DNA of 64,000 bases from Octopus vulgaris (taxonomy: Eukaryota). Below, in pieces: positions 40,644 to 54,037 of this stretch. Location of the stretch: the NCBI GenBank assembly GCA_951406725.2, contig OX597821.1, positions 103,354,001-103,418,000 on the forward strand, given 5' to 3'. A program made the translations under genes and the position numbers. Every line of letters starts with the position of its first letter. Position 1 is the stretch's first letter. Below the pieces are notes generated by a model. It had not been told where the DNA came from. It was given only the letters and a program-made list of their open reading frames with translations, and searched no databases.

Positions 40644-40853
40644 CTCTTTTACTCTTTTACTTGTTTCAGTCATATGACTGTGGCCATGCGGTAGCACTAC
40701 CTTTAGTCGAGCAAATCGACGCCAGGACTTATTCTTTGTAAGCCTATTACATATTCTATCGGGCTGTTTTGTCGAACCGCTAAGTTACGGGGACATAAAC
40801 ACACCAGCATCGGTTGTCAAGCGATGTTGGGAAGACAAACACAGACACACAAG

Positions 40854-40944
<91 letters not shown>

Positions 40945-41257
40945 GACGGGCTTCTTTCAGCTTTCGTCTACCAAATCCACTCACAAGGCTTTGGTTGGTC
41001 CGAGGCTATAGAAGAAGACACTTGCCCAAGGTGCCACGCAGATTTGGTAGATATAGACTGAAAGAAGTCTCTGTGTGTTTATGAGTGTAAGTGTGTGTTT
41101 GTATGCCTTTGTGTGTGTTTGTAGGAGCGGCTGTGTGGTAAGTAGCTTGCTTACGAACCACATGGTTCCGGGTTCAGTTCCACTGCGTAGCACCTTGGGC
41201 AAGTGTCTTCTTCTATAGCATTGGACCAACCAAAGCCTTGTGAGTGGATTTGGTAGA
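40644..41257. mobile_element. Opposed SINE B copies (minus 40644-41040; plus head 41121-41257)
   Basis: Both carry the GGCAAGTGTCTTCTTCTATAGC ... AAAGCCTTGTGAGTGGATTTGGTAGA segment, in opposite orientations. Confidence 0.85.
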
Positions 41258-41976
41258 TCAAAAGGAAATATACCCTGAGAACCAAATATTTGTCATATTT
41301 CGAAATTGTGAGACGTTTCTCTACATTGTTTATGATGAGATAAAACCCAAAACAAATTCTTTGTTCCTACTGTTGACAAGATCTTATCTCCTAAATCTCC
41401 ATCTCATTGGCCTGCTTGCTGCTGCTACTGTTGCTGCTGCTATCATTACTACTGCTGCCATTACTACTGCTGCCATTACTACTGCCACTGCTGCTGTTTA
41501 GTTACCATAGTTACATATACAGTTGGCATGCTTTTCCTGTTGTTGACGTATCTGCATGTATTTTGTATGCCTAAGAGTGACGGGGATATAATCACTGATG
41601 ACTGATGAAGTTAATAAAGGGAGATAATATAACAGACACTAACAACTGAACACATACATATATATATATGTGTGTGTGTGTGTTGTGTGTGTGTGTGTGT
41701 GTGTGTGTGTAAGTGTGTGAGTGTATATATATAAATATTTAAATACTGGGTGGTGGCGAAATGAGCTAAAACATTTGTAGGTTTTCTTTCTTTTTTTTTT
41801 AAATTCTAACCTCTATTTCGCTTTATCAAACATACATATGTGACATATCATTTCGCCCCAACCTATATATATATATATATATATATATATGTAGGTCCCG
41901 GGTTGATTCGGGGTTAACCACAGTAAATAAGGTACTCAATACATAGCAGAGTAAAATTAATTTATTATATAGAAGG

Positions 41977-42027
41977 AGCTTCTACAGGACTAGAACTGTT
42001 TCATTCAAGAGAAATCATCAGGAAGCT
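41977..42027 (-). ncRNA. Type I hammerhead ribozyme candidate
   Basis: AGCTTC-CTGATGA-TTTC-TCTT-GAAT-GAAA-CAG-TTCTAGTC-CTG-TA-GAAGCT: 6-bp stem I, 4-bp stem III and a GUA site. The first pair of stem II is mismatched. Confidence 0.7.
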
Positions 42028-42139
42028 AGTTAACAAGAATTGTATTGGCATTTATACATTTAGGCAGGTTTAAAGGGACTTTTTGGGGGTAGGCATAGCG
42101 CAAAAATATCATACTTGGGGGAGTGGTCAAGGAGTCAGT

Positions 42140-42175
<36 letters not shown>

Positions 42176-42363
42176 ACTGTGTATGTGTGGTGTGTGTTTG
42201 TGTGTGTGTCTGTGGTATGTATTAGATGGAACGGGAACCAAAATGCAAGGCATGGTGAGAATCTCAAGTCGTTGAGAATATTTAAAGTAAGGTGAATTTG
42301 ATGACCAGTTATACCACATACACAGCGTACACATTCGTTTTGATCATAAGTCTAAACCTTCCA

Positions 42364-42404
<41 letters not shown>

Positions 42405-42411
<7 letters not shown>

Positions 42412-42783
42412 GGCAGTTTGTCTGTGTGTGCGTGTTTCTGTGTGTCTGTTTTCTGTACCCTCACCCTGACCACGGCTTTCAACCGATTCTGATGAAACTT
42501 GACACACACACATAGCCCAATGTCATAATTCAAAACTAACGCAGCGAAAATTTTGAAAAGTTCCCCCAGTTCTGAAAAAAAATCGATAAATTCGACATGG
42601 GGTCGAGAATCAGAAACCCAAACCACAGACCGTCTATGGGGACGCAACTCCACCTTTTTTAACTCTAAAAAAATTTACCATCATTTTTTTTCCATTTTTT
42701 TGCTATTTTTTGGCTATAACTCTCTAAAAATGCTTTATAGTTATTTCCCTTACAAACCTGAGCAACGCCGGGCGATACTGCTA

Positions 42784-42784
<1 letters not shown>
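42405..42784 (+). mobile_element. Non-autonomous Helitron
   Basis: 5' (TA)n then a GTCTGT-rich tract and the AACCGATTCTGATGAAACTT motif. 3' hairpin CCTGAGCAACGCCGGG followed by terminal CTAG at 42781-42784, then T. Confidence 0.75.
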
Positions 42785-42856
<72 letters not shown>

Positions 42857-42949
42857 TATATGTATATATGTATAACATATTAAAAAGATACGACACGAAA
42901 AATAGTTCATAAATTTATGTATTTATGTATTTATGAAATATTGGCGTGT

Positions 42950-42991
42950 ATTCCACTGATGAGGCAAAGTCAGAAATCTGTGATCTGGAAT
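42950..42991 (+). ncRNA. Type I hammerhead ribozyme candidate
   Basis: ATTCCA-CTGATGA-GGC-AAA-GTC-A-GAAA-TC-TGT-GA-TC-TGGAAT: 6-bp stem I, 3-bp stem III and an AUC site. Confidence 0.7.
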
Positions 42992-43160
42992 TATCCATTA
43001 ATTTTTTTGCTAGTTTATTTTGTCTCTTTGTATTCTCTACTGGTGCTGTATGGACATTAAATGTGGTTTTAGAGTCAAGTTTTGGCTGCTATATCTAGCA
43101 GTAAATGAAAGTACGATTGAGGAACGGTAAATATATATATATACATATATATATAGTATA

Positions 43161-43229
<69 letters not shown>

Positions 43230-43391
43230 ATGTGTGTGCATGTATGCCAACATACATACTTGCATATATGCATTCACAGCAAACATTTATTATGAGTGGA
43301 GAACACCATCAGTAAAAGGGAGCATATGTAAACAAGTAGTGTGGATAGTATACTGAAAATAGTATTATCATCATCATCATTATCATTATTA

Positions 43392-43426
<35 letters not shown>

Positions 43427-43619
43427 GGTAGTATTATTAATAGCAGTAGTGGTGGTGCCTTTGCATGATGAGGGGGGCGGGTGCAATGTCGTGAAACAAA
43501 GATGAGAAGAAATGAAATGAAGAAAGCCAAAGGCAAGATGTAAGGATAGAACAAAAGGCAGAATAGTAGGAGAGCGGGAGCTATGATAACAGAACACAAA
43601 TACAAGCTTTATGTATATA

Positions 43620-43656
<37 letters not shown>

Positions 43657-43886
43657 ATATATATATACATATATACACACACATATACATATATATATAT
43701 ATACATACATATACATATAAGTATATATATATATATGTACACAAACATGCCTATATATGTAAGCATGTACAATGTACATATATAAATAAGAATGTATATA
43801 CACACTCAACTATATATGCACATACACACACACAAACACACACACACACACACATATATATAGCTATATATAACATACATATATAA

Positions 43887-43921
<35 letters not shown>

Positions 43922-43942
43922 ATGCATACGTGCATACATACT

Positions 43943-43989
<47 letters not shown>

Positions 43990-44101
43990 ATATAATATAT
44001 ATATAATGTATATAAATATGGTAAGGCTGATGTAAGAAACAATTGAAGTCTCTTGAAGTACGAAAAGAATGGAAAACAAAGAGTAAACGCGAAAGACACA
44101 T

Positions 44102-44136
<35 letters not shown>

Positions 44137-44165
44137 TAGATAGATATATAGATAGATAGACAGAC

Positions 44166-44245
<80 letters not shown>

Positions 44246-44673
44246 TGATTGATAGATATATAGATAGATAGATCGAGAGAGGGAGGGATAGAGAGAGACT
44301 GAGAGAGACAGAGAGGGAAATATATAGAAAGGCTCACGGAACAGAGTGAGAAATAGAGAGAGTGAGAGAGAGCGTGAGAGAGAGCGTGAGAGAGAGAAAG
44401 AAAGAGCGAAATGAAGTGGGAGAGATCAGGTGTAGCCTACAGAAGAGTAAAAATTGACTGTGAGTGGCAAAGGAAAGGAAAACGAAAGTGAAGTAATAAA
44501 TATGAGGACGGAACTAAAAGGTAAATGAGGAAAGAAGTCGAAAACTAAGGAAGAAAAAGAAGAACAAAGAAGAAAGAAGAAAATGAAGAAATAGGAGAAA
44601 TGGGAATGGAGATATAAGATAATTATGAAAAGAGCGAGGAATGAAATATGCAACGAAAACGAAGAAGAATGGT

Positions 44674-44848
44674 GAACGAAATAGGAGAACGAATTACAAG
44701 AGGAACGAAGGAAATTGGAAGGAAAAGGAGAAAGAAATGAAAGAAAAAGTTACAGAAGAACGAAATAGGAGAACGAATTACAAGAGGAACGAAGGAAATT
44801 GGAAGGAAAAGGAGAAAGAAATGAAAGAAAAAATTACAGAAGAACGAA
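44674..44848. repeat. 84-bp tandem duplication within a long purine-rich tract
   Basis: GAACGAAATAGGAGAACGAATTACAAG occurs at 44674 and 44758. Confidence 0.9.
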
Positions 44849-45241
44849 AGAGGGATGAAGAATGAAATCGATGAACAAAAGTGAACGAAGAGTGAAAAAT
44901 CTATGGAGGAAATGATAAGTAAATAAAAGGAACGGAAAAATAAACAAAACACCAAAAATAATAATAAATAGAACGAAAGCGAAGAGAGAAGAACGTAAAA
45001 ATGAAAGCGAAAAATAGAAAGGAGAAAGATAATGAAGGAAGAAAAGAAAACGATGAAAAGAAACGAAGGCGATGAAGAAACTATAGCAATGATATGAAAA
45101 TGGAATAGCGCGTTTGAAGGAGAGAAAAGAAGAGTAACAAGAAGAGGCGGAAGTAAAGAAGAGAAAAAAACTAAAGATGAACAAATGGAAAGAGCATATA
45201 TATATATATCTTTCGTTATATATATGAAAATATTTATATAG

Positions 45242-45306
<65 letters not shown>

Positions 45307-45452
45307 ATGTATATATATTGATATATATATATATGAAAATATTGATATATATATATGCATTATATATATATATATAATGTATATATATATATAATATATA
45401 TATATATAATGCATATATATATATCAATATTTTCATATATATATATATACAT

Positions 45453-45503
<51 letters not shown>

Positions 45504-45683
45504 ATGGATAGAGGGAGGGACAGGAATATGGGTGGGGGTAAGAAACAATTGAGTCAGTTTTTGGACTTGGAATTCCTGGGCTGTGTGCTGAGTCACTGCT
45601 GTAATTATTGATTGGAGTTATTATACCAAGCCACGAAGACCATTGGCAAGCCACGATGTCCTTGATGTTAATAACTGCTGTTG

Positions 45684-45715
<32 letters not shown>

Positions 45716-46065
45716 GGCAGTGGTGGTGTAGCAGTTGTTGCTCCTGGTGTTGTTGTTGTTGTGTTGCACCTAGGTCAGTTACGTTCAGACAAGATCTATG
45801 ATAAAAACGTTACTTCCCAACCGTCACTATTATGTTTGTTTCGTTTTGCTCTGTATAAGGTTGGGGAATACATGATATGACGTTTTCCTGTGATTTTCAA
45901 GGTGTTGTCGTGTCATTTAAGGGAGGCAGGTCTACTGGTATTTCTAGACCTGTCTCCCTTAAATGACTAAAGGCGGTGCTCCAGCATGGCCACAATCAAA
46001 TGACTGAAACAAGTAAAATAATAAAAGAGTAATAGAGAGGGAGAATAAAGAGAAAGAGAGAAATT

Positions 46066-46474
46066 TTTTACTCTTTTACTTGTTTCAGTCATTTGATTGT
46101 GGCAATGCTGGAGTACCGCCTTTAGTCGAGCAAATCGACCCCAGGACTTATTCTTTGGAAGCCTAGTACTTACTCTATCGGTCTTTTTTTGCCGAACCGC
46201 CAAGTTACGGGGACGTAAACACACCAGCATCGGCTGTCAAGCGATATTGGGGAGACAAACACAGACACACAAACATATGCACACACACGCATATATAGAT
46301 ATACATATATACGACGGGCTTCTTTCAGTTTCCGTCTACCAAATACACTCGCAAGGCTTTGATCAGCCCGAGGCTATAGTAGAAGACACTTGCCCAAGGT
46401 GCCACGCAGTGGGACTGAACCCGGAACCATATGGCTGGTAAGCAAGCTACTTAACACACAGCCACTCCTGCGCC
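46066..46474 (-). mobile_element. SINE family B (full length), tail-to-tail with a B tail at 45963-46030
   Basis: Head GGCGCAGGAGTGGCTGTGTG with standard body and tail. Confidence 0.9.
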
Positions 46475-47061
46475 TAAAGAGAGAAAGCGAGAGATTGAGT
46501 GAGAGAGTAAGTGAGAGAAAATGAAAGAAAGAGAAAAAAGAGAGAAGAAAGTGAGGAAGCGAAAGCGATAGAGAGGTAAGGAGGGAAAGAGAGAAAGGGA
46601 GAGAAAGAGAGTGAGAGTGGGAGAGATTGAGAAAGAGGGAGAGAGATGGAGAAAGAGAGAAAGTGAGAGGGAGAGAGAGAGAGACAAATTGAGAGAGGGA
46701 GAGAGACAGGGAGAGGGAGAGAGAGAAGGGGTGTGAGAGGGAGATAGAGAGGGATAGAGAGAATGAGAGAGAGAGAGAGAGAGAGGGAGCGAGAAATAAC
46801 TTGAGCGACATGGAGAACTGTAAACAAATGCTGCAATAACTTCAAATAAAAACTAGAGCAATTAAAAATAAACTCTAAAATGAATTCTTAATTAATTGAA
46901 ATATCGATGGTTGTTGCGTTCTATCTATCATGCCCAGTATTGATCATTAAGTAAACACTTTTCTCTCCTAACTATGGCTCTAATTTTTACTAATTAATGT
47001 TTCTGGGAGCAAGCACTGTGGTGAGTAATACAGTTCTATATTTAGGAGATGAATTATGCAC

Positions 47062-47668
<607 letters not shown>

Positions 47669-50034
47669 GTACACTGCGTTGAGTATTTTAGTGCGGACTT
47701 TACTACGAGATTTTCATGCAGATGGTGTCCCTATTTATATATCTCACATACCTTTGTATACAGATAGGCGGTACACATTTTCAATTGAGTGGAACACTGT
47801 TTTGCTGAAAGTCACAACGCATTGCCCAGTCCAGAAATTGCACCTGCCACACCCTAATCAATATTAAACCACGTGCTTTTAGCTATCTCTATAAAAAGAG
47901 AAAATGAAATTAGAGAATATAGTTCTAGAGTAAATTTAATCTGAATGAGGAAGAAAAACGAGGTTACGGATGGAATTTATCTTTGACAATAGGTGTGCCT
48001 GCTCACAGACTGTCTTGGGGGATAAACAGCAACAATAACGAAATTGTCTTCCGGCAAACTGACTTCTCGAAAAGCGATTCTCTAGGTTTAGTGTTTTTTC
48101 AATCTCTTTGACTCCGTGATTTATTGGAGATGAAACGGAAGATTTTACTGGCGCCCTTCATGTGAAACGCCAAAGAAATATAAACTATTTTAAAGCAAGA
48201 AGTTGAGAGAAGATAATACAGAAAACAATTATTTTTACAACACGGATGCAGTACGGAAGTTTGTCAGCGAACAGGTCGCGGTCTCCAAGCGAGGAAAATA
48301 TTTTGACATATTAAATTTAAATGTTGAAGTGAATCTAACGGTTTTTGTGTTTCTTAAATGGCTTATAAACACCTGCAATTGTTTTCGTTCCAGCACACTA
48401 TCTCAGATCATGTCACTTGCTATGCAAGTACATCTCCGTAATTATTTTTACGCTGTTTTATTAATGATACTTCTCTTGTGTATTGCAAAATTATGATAAA
48501 ACCATGTTTTTTTCAAAAGATAGTCAGGTGTCGGGAAAACAGATAGAACACGGCCAGATATCCGAGTAGTAATGCTCAATTTTTCGATTAAATAAACGTA
48601 AAAGTATTTTCACGTGTTGCCTTGCGTATTACATGATAAAATCTACGATTAGATTAATTCTACGATAATATATTATGGTTAGCAAACCATAAGGCGAGAG
48701 ACAATTCTGTGTGACTGTTCAGAATATGACAATATCTAGCAGGAATAGAATAAAAGATATTAAATCCTTTTTAAAGATGAGAACTAGGATGTTGAGGAAA
48801 AAGTTGAATGCTATTTATATTTCTCAAGATATTGTAAATCTATCGAAATTGGTTAAGGCATGGTTGTGTGGTAAGAAGTTTGCTATTAGAATTGGAGGAT
48901 TCGGATCTAGTCCTATTGCGTGGCACCTTAAACAAGAATCTTCTACTACAGCTCCACGCCGACCAAAGCCTTGGGAGTGGATTTAGCAAATGGAAATTGA
49001 AAGAAACCCATCGTGTGCGCGTGTTTTGACACCCCACCCACATATATATGCAGATATGTGTGAGCATGCATCCTTTTGTCTTTTAGACTCCCCACAGCGT
49101 GACAACCGGTGTTAATTTGTTTACGTCCCCGTAACGGTGAGGTAAAAGAGACTGGTAGAATAAGTACAAAAAGGTACTGTGGTCTTGAAATCTTTCAAAC
49201 TGGTGCTGAGGTATGACCGCAGTCTAATGACTGCAATAACTAAAAGATTACATATACAATATGTTGCTGGCAATATCATTAGAACGTCAGACAAGATACC
49301 TTTTTTCATTTGTCCTGGTGTTTTGCGTCCTGAAATGAAATTCTTTTAAGATTGTATTTGCTTTTCATCCCTCCTGGCTTGTTAAAATAAACTACAAGAA
49401 ATGAAGTGAAGTCAATAATTCAACCACGTCCGTGACCTTAAATTTGAGGGCTTTATTTTAATGTTAGTATTTAATATTTAATCAGAAGTGTATGAGGTTC
49501 TTTTTGCTTCTTACAGCCTATATAAGTAATGCTTAACTACCTTCTAAGTTCGTGACGCTTAAATATAGAACGAAATCAAAGACTTCTCTACGCACCACGT
49601 ATTTAGTGTCCATATGCGTAGAAACAATGGAGCTCAAAGAATCTGGCTTTCGGACAGTGTTTTCGATTTCATTCCCACTGTGCAAAACTTTGAGTGACTC
49701 CTACTGTTGCCCCGGGCCGACCAAAGTCCTGTGAGTAAATTTCATAGACGGAAACTGCGTGGAAGCTACTTATATATGGGCGTGTATCTTTTTGTTGGTG
49801 TTTACTCCCGCCCGTTGGACAACCAATGTTGGTTTGTTTACGTCCTCGTAATTTTGCGTATTAGTAAAAAGATTCGGTAAAATAAATACCAGACTTAAAA
49901 GCAAATACAGGAGTCGATTTGTTTGACTGAAACCCTTCAAAGCTGTGCCCCAGCATGGCCGCAATTCAATGACAGAAAAAAATGTAAAACATGAAATATT
50001 AAAGAGACTGTTTGAAGTGTTTGTTCAGTATATT

Positions 50035-50603
50035 TTGGGTTGTCCGGAAAGTTCGCACCGATTTTTAAGGAAAGAAAAAGGTCAATAAATACTTGCCATT
50101 ACATTTTTAATCAACCAAATATGAACCATTTTGTTGCACAATGCGTCTCCATCTTTCCTTTAACTTGAAAATACTCTCTTCCTAGAATTGAAGTGGTTTC
50201 ATGGCAAAGAATTCATTCATCAAGGTATCTTTTCACGTCATCCAAGGAATTGAAATTTTTACTATTAAGACTATTCTGCAGAGACCTGTATAAGTGGAAA
50301 TCCGAAGGAGCAATATCTAGTGAATACGGAGGGTGGGGTAACACATCCCAGCCGAGCTGCAGTAATTTTTGTCCGGTTCCCAAAACATCAAGTGCCGAAA
50401 ATGAACTTTCTTACCTTCTATTTTAAAGGGTTACAGAATTAACACAGGTTAAAAGAATATAAATCTTCTTCCACGAAAAGATAGCTTAAACTATGCTCTA
50501 AATGGAGGTGTAGTCAAATCCTATTTTATGGACTCAACCATGTTCTAAAATAAGTCGAAATGTAAGCTACTATAAATCGGCACGAAGTTTCCGGACAACT
50601 CAA
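50035..50603 (-). mobile_element. Internally deleted mariner transposon
   Basis: TIRs TTGGGTTGTCCGGAAAGTTCGCACCGATTT and AAATCGGCACGAAGTTTCCGGACAACTCAA followed by TA. Minus strand reads GWDVLPHPPYSLDIAPSDFHLYRSL ... ERWRRIVQQNGSY. Confidence 0.9.
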
Positions 50604-51444
50604 TATTTTAATAACTTTTCGAACATTCTAAACATGCAGGGCTTATAAAACGTGAACCAGTATTTTCTGACATGTAGCTGTACGTAGATCTTTCAAGAGC
50701 ACATTCAAATGTTGATGCAAAGACATAAAAATTTTTAGATAACAATTCTCAATATAGAGAAGCTGATAAATCGCTAATAAAAAATATACTTTTCAAAAAT
50801 ATTCTCTCTGAATACAGTACTTCAGAGTTGCATGTGTGAACCATCTCAAGAAACGAGCTCTTCGGAAAAGAACCTAAATTCAATAGAAATAATTTATTCC
50901 ATAATTGTATATAAATTTCCAACAATTTAAAAATTTTCGAAATAAATGTAGAATTTGAAGAAGGAATTAAAGGATGGAAAAAAATTCCAACTCATAATGT
51001 TAAGAACCTGTAATTGAAATTAAATAGACTGAACTTAAAGCGGATAGGGATGTGCTGCTGTAAGCTGTAAACAATTTATCGAAATGATAGTAAAGCTATT
51101 AAATGGAGAAGAGATGAGGTAATGAAACAAAACAAATTATAGATATACAGTACAAAAATAAAATAACAAACCAGAGTATTGGATTATCAAATAAGCAAAA
51201 GATAATTACAACCCTAATTACAGTGCCTATTTATCAAATGTGATTTAATTGAGGATATGAAATTAAGTGGAATATCAATACAAATGTTTATAAAAGGTTT
51301 CTTCTTTCTCAGCAACTTACAAACAATTAACTGCTATGAGCACCGACAATGATTAATAGAATTATTCTTTTCATTAAACCTCATTGAAGATTCAGTCGCA
51401 AAGGCTACATGGTGATAACATTATATACACATGCATACATACAT

Positions 51445-51680
51445 TACATACATATATATATATGTATGCTTGTATACATATGTGCATGCATATATATACA
51501 TGCATGTATCTGTATGAATATGCATACATACATATATATATGTATGCTTCTATACATATGTGCATGCATATATATACATGCATGTATCTGTATGAATATG
51601 CATACATACATATATATATGTATGCTTGTATACATATGTGCATGCATATATATACATGCATGTATCTGCATGCATATACA
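51445..51680. repeat. 78-bp purine/pyrimidine-alternating tandem repeat, three units
   Basis: GCTT(G/C)TATACATATGTGCATGC occurs at 51468, 51546 and 51624. Confidence 0.88.
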
Positions 51681-51739
51681 TACATACATACACATGCATA
51701 CATACATACATACATATACACACATACACACACACATAT

Positions 51740-51781
<42 letters not shown>

Positions 51782-52047
51782 TAACGTAATTTCACACATA
51801 ACTGTTAAAAGCGAATTAACACGTTCAAGACCAATTCTGCCGAAAGCATTTTGCAATTGTAATTACTACTACACCAGTCAATTAATTCATGCACGCTTCG
51901 AGCCAACAAAGAAAGATCGAGGTCAGCCATTTTCAACCTTTTTCAATCCATGATATATTGCCAAATCGGTTGAAAGCTTTACGTTCTACGCTGAGTTTCA
52001 GAACAGTTACGACACAGAGTAACTGCACGAATTGCAATTTGCTGTAT

Positions 52048-52433
52048 GGATGGAAGCACTCCGTCGGTTACGACGACGAGGGTTCCGGTTGATCCGAATC
52101 AACGAAACAGCCTGCTCGTGAAATTAACGTGTAAGTGGCTGAGCACTCCACAGACACGTGTACCCTTAACGTAGTTCTCGGGGATATTCAGCGTGACACA
52201 GAGAGTGACAAGCCCGGCCCTTTGAAATACAGGTACAACAGAAACAGGAAGTAAGAGTGAGAGAAAGTTGTGGTGAAAGAGTACAGCAGGGATCACCACC
52301 CCCTACCGGAGCCTCGTGGAGCTTTAGGTGTTTTCGCTCAATAAACACTCACAACGCCCGGTCTGGGAATCGAAACCGCGATCCTATGACCGCGAGTCCG
52401 CTGCCCTAACCACTGGGACATTGCGCCTCCACT
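52048..52433 (-). mobile_element. SINE family A (full length, TSD)
   Basis: TSD ATTTGCTGTAT at 52037-52047 and 52434-52444. Confidence 0.93.
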
Positions 52434-52679
52434 ATTTGCTGTATATAAAATAAACAAAGTGTAGACAGAGTTGGGAATTCAAGTGGTCTCGTGTTCAATC
52501 TCATTGCGTGTTGCCTTGGACAATTGTTTTCTATAATAGCTTTGGGCCAACTAATGTCATGTGGATGAATTTGATGCACAGAAACTTACAGTTGCCCGTC
52601 GTCTATTTTTCTTCGTGGGTAATTTCATCAGGCTTACATAACGCTTAGATGTTGGTATCTAGTTTTAGGAGGTCCTGTG

Positions 52680-52729
<50 letters not shown>

Positions 52730-52783
52730 GCAAATACACACACACACACACATAATATATATATACATATATATATAAAATAT

Positions 52784-53249
52784 TCTTTTATTGTTTAATT
52801 TATTTCAGTCATGTGACTGTGGCCATATGGAAACAGCGTCTTTAGTCGAACAAATCGACCCCAGCACTTATTCGTTGTAAGCCTAGTACTTATTCTATCG
52901 GTATCTTTTGCCGAACCGCTAAGTTACAGGGATGTAAACACACCACCATCGGTTGTCAAGCGCTGGTTGGAGGACAAGCACAGACACACGAACATATATA
53001 CACACACATATATGTATATATATACGCAGATATACATAAACATTTACATACGTATATGTATATTTATACACACACACGCACAGACATGACTAGCTTTTTT
53101 CAATTTCAACCTACAAAATCTACTCACATAACTGTGTTCGATCTGTAGGTATAGTAATAAACACTTACCCGGGATGCCACGCGTTGAGATTGAACTCGGA
53201 ACCATATGGTTGAGAATCTAACCACTTACCACACAGCCACGCCTGTGCC
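52784..53249 (-). mobile_element. SINE family B (diverged head)
   Basis: The standard B tail and body are visible, with a more diverged head. Confidence 0.8.
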
Positions 53250-53383
53250 GAAGGAACTAAAGATTTGTCAGTTGAATCAAAGTTTAGATATATCCAAAAT
53301 ATTTTTCTTTTTTCGAGGAGGCATTCTTTATTCTTGTATTTACTTATATCGTCAAAATCACACGGTGACATACCTCACCACGT

Positions 53384-53415
<32 letters not shown>

Positions 53416-53942
53416 TATGTGTGTTCAAGACGACACATGATCGCAAGCGCACGCAGACACAGACACACAGAGGGACATACGTACGCACATACATAGACAC
53501 AGAGTTACAAATCAACTTTAGTACATCATAAAATATGACGACGTTTTTCCCGTCTTACGTGCACAACCTACGTCTTTCTTAGCTAATCGGCAGCCACAAC
53601 CGCCGCCATTACTATAAGACATTAATCGACTTCAAACAACCGAAGAAAGAATTTGGCGAAAAGAAAGAAGTGATACTAGACACGAAGCAGCATAGAAAGT
53701 ATGTAATTACTGTGCAGTAAATGTTATAAAATATATAGTTCTGTGTTTTATTGTTAGTTTCAAGTGATGTTGAATTAATCAACAAATAAGTAACATAGAA
53801 ACAGCGCAGAGACCATCACACCTGCTTCAAGAGAAAACTGTTATGTCTGCAACTATTTACTTCAATACTAGAACGAAGTGAGATTTTTCCATGTGTTAGT
53901 AGAAAATGTATGAATGACTATAAGCATTCGACACTTCTATTT

Positions 53943-54037
<95 letters not shown>

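Noticed and set aside
42506-42525. CTGATGAAAC-type motif in the Helitron near 42489
   Set aside because: No stem II between CTGATGA and GAAA. It is part of the Helitron internal motif, not a ribozyme.
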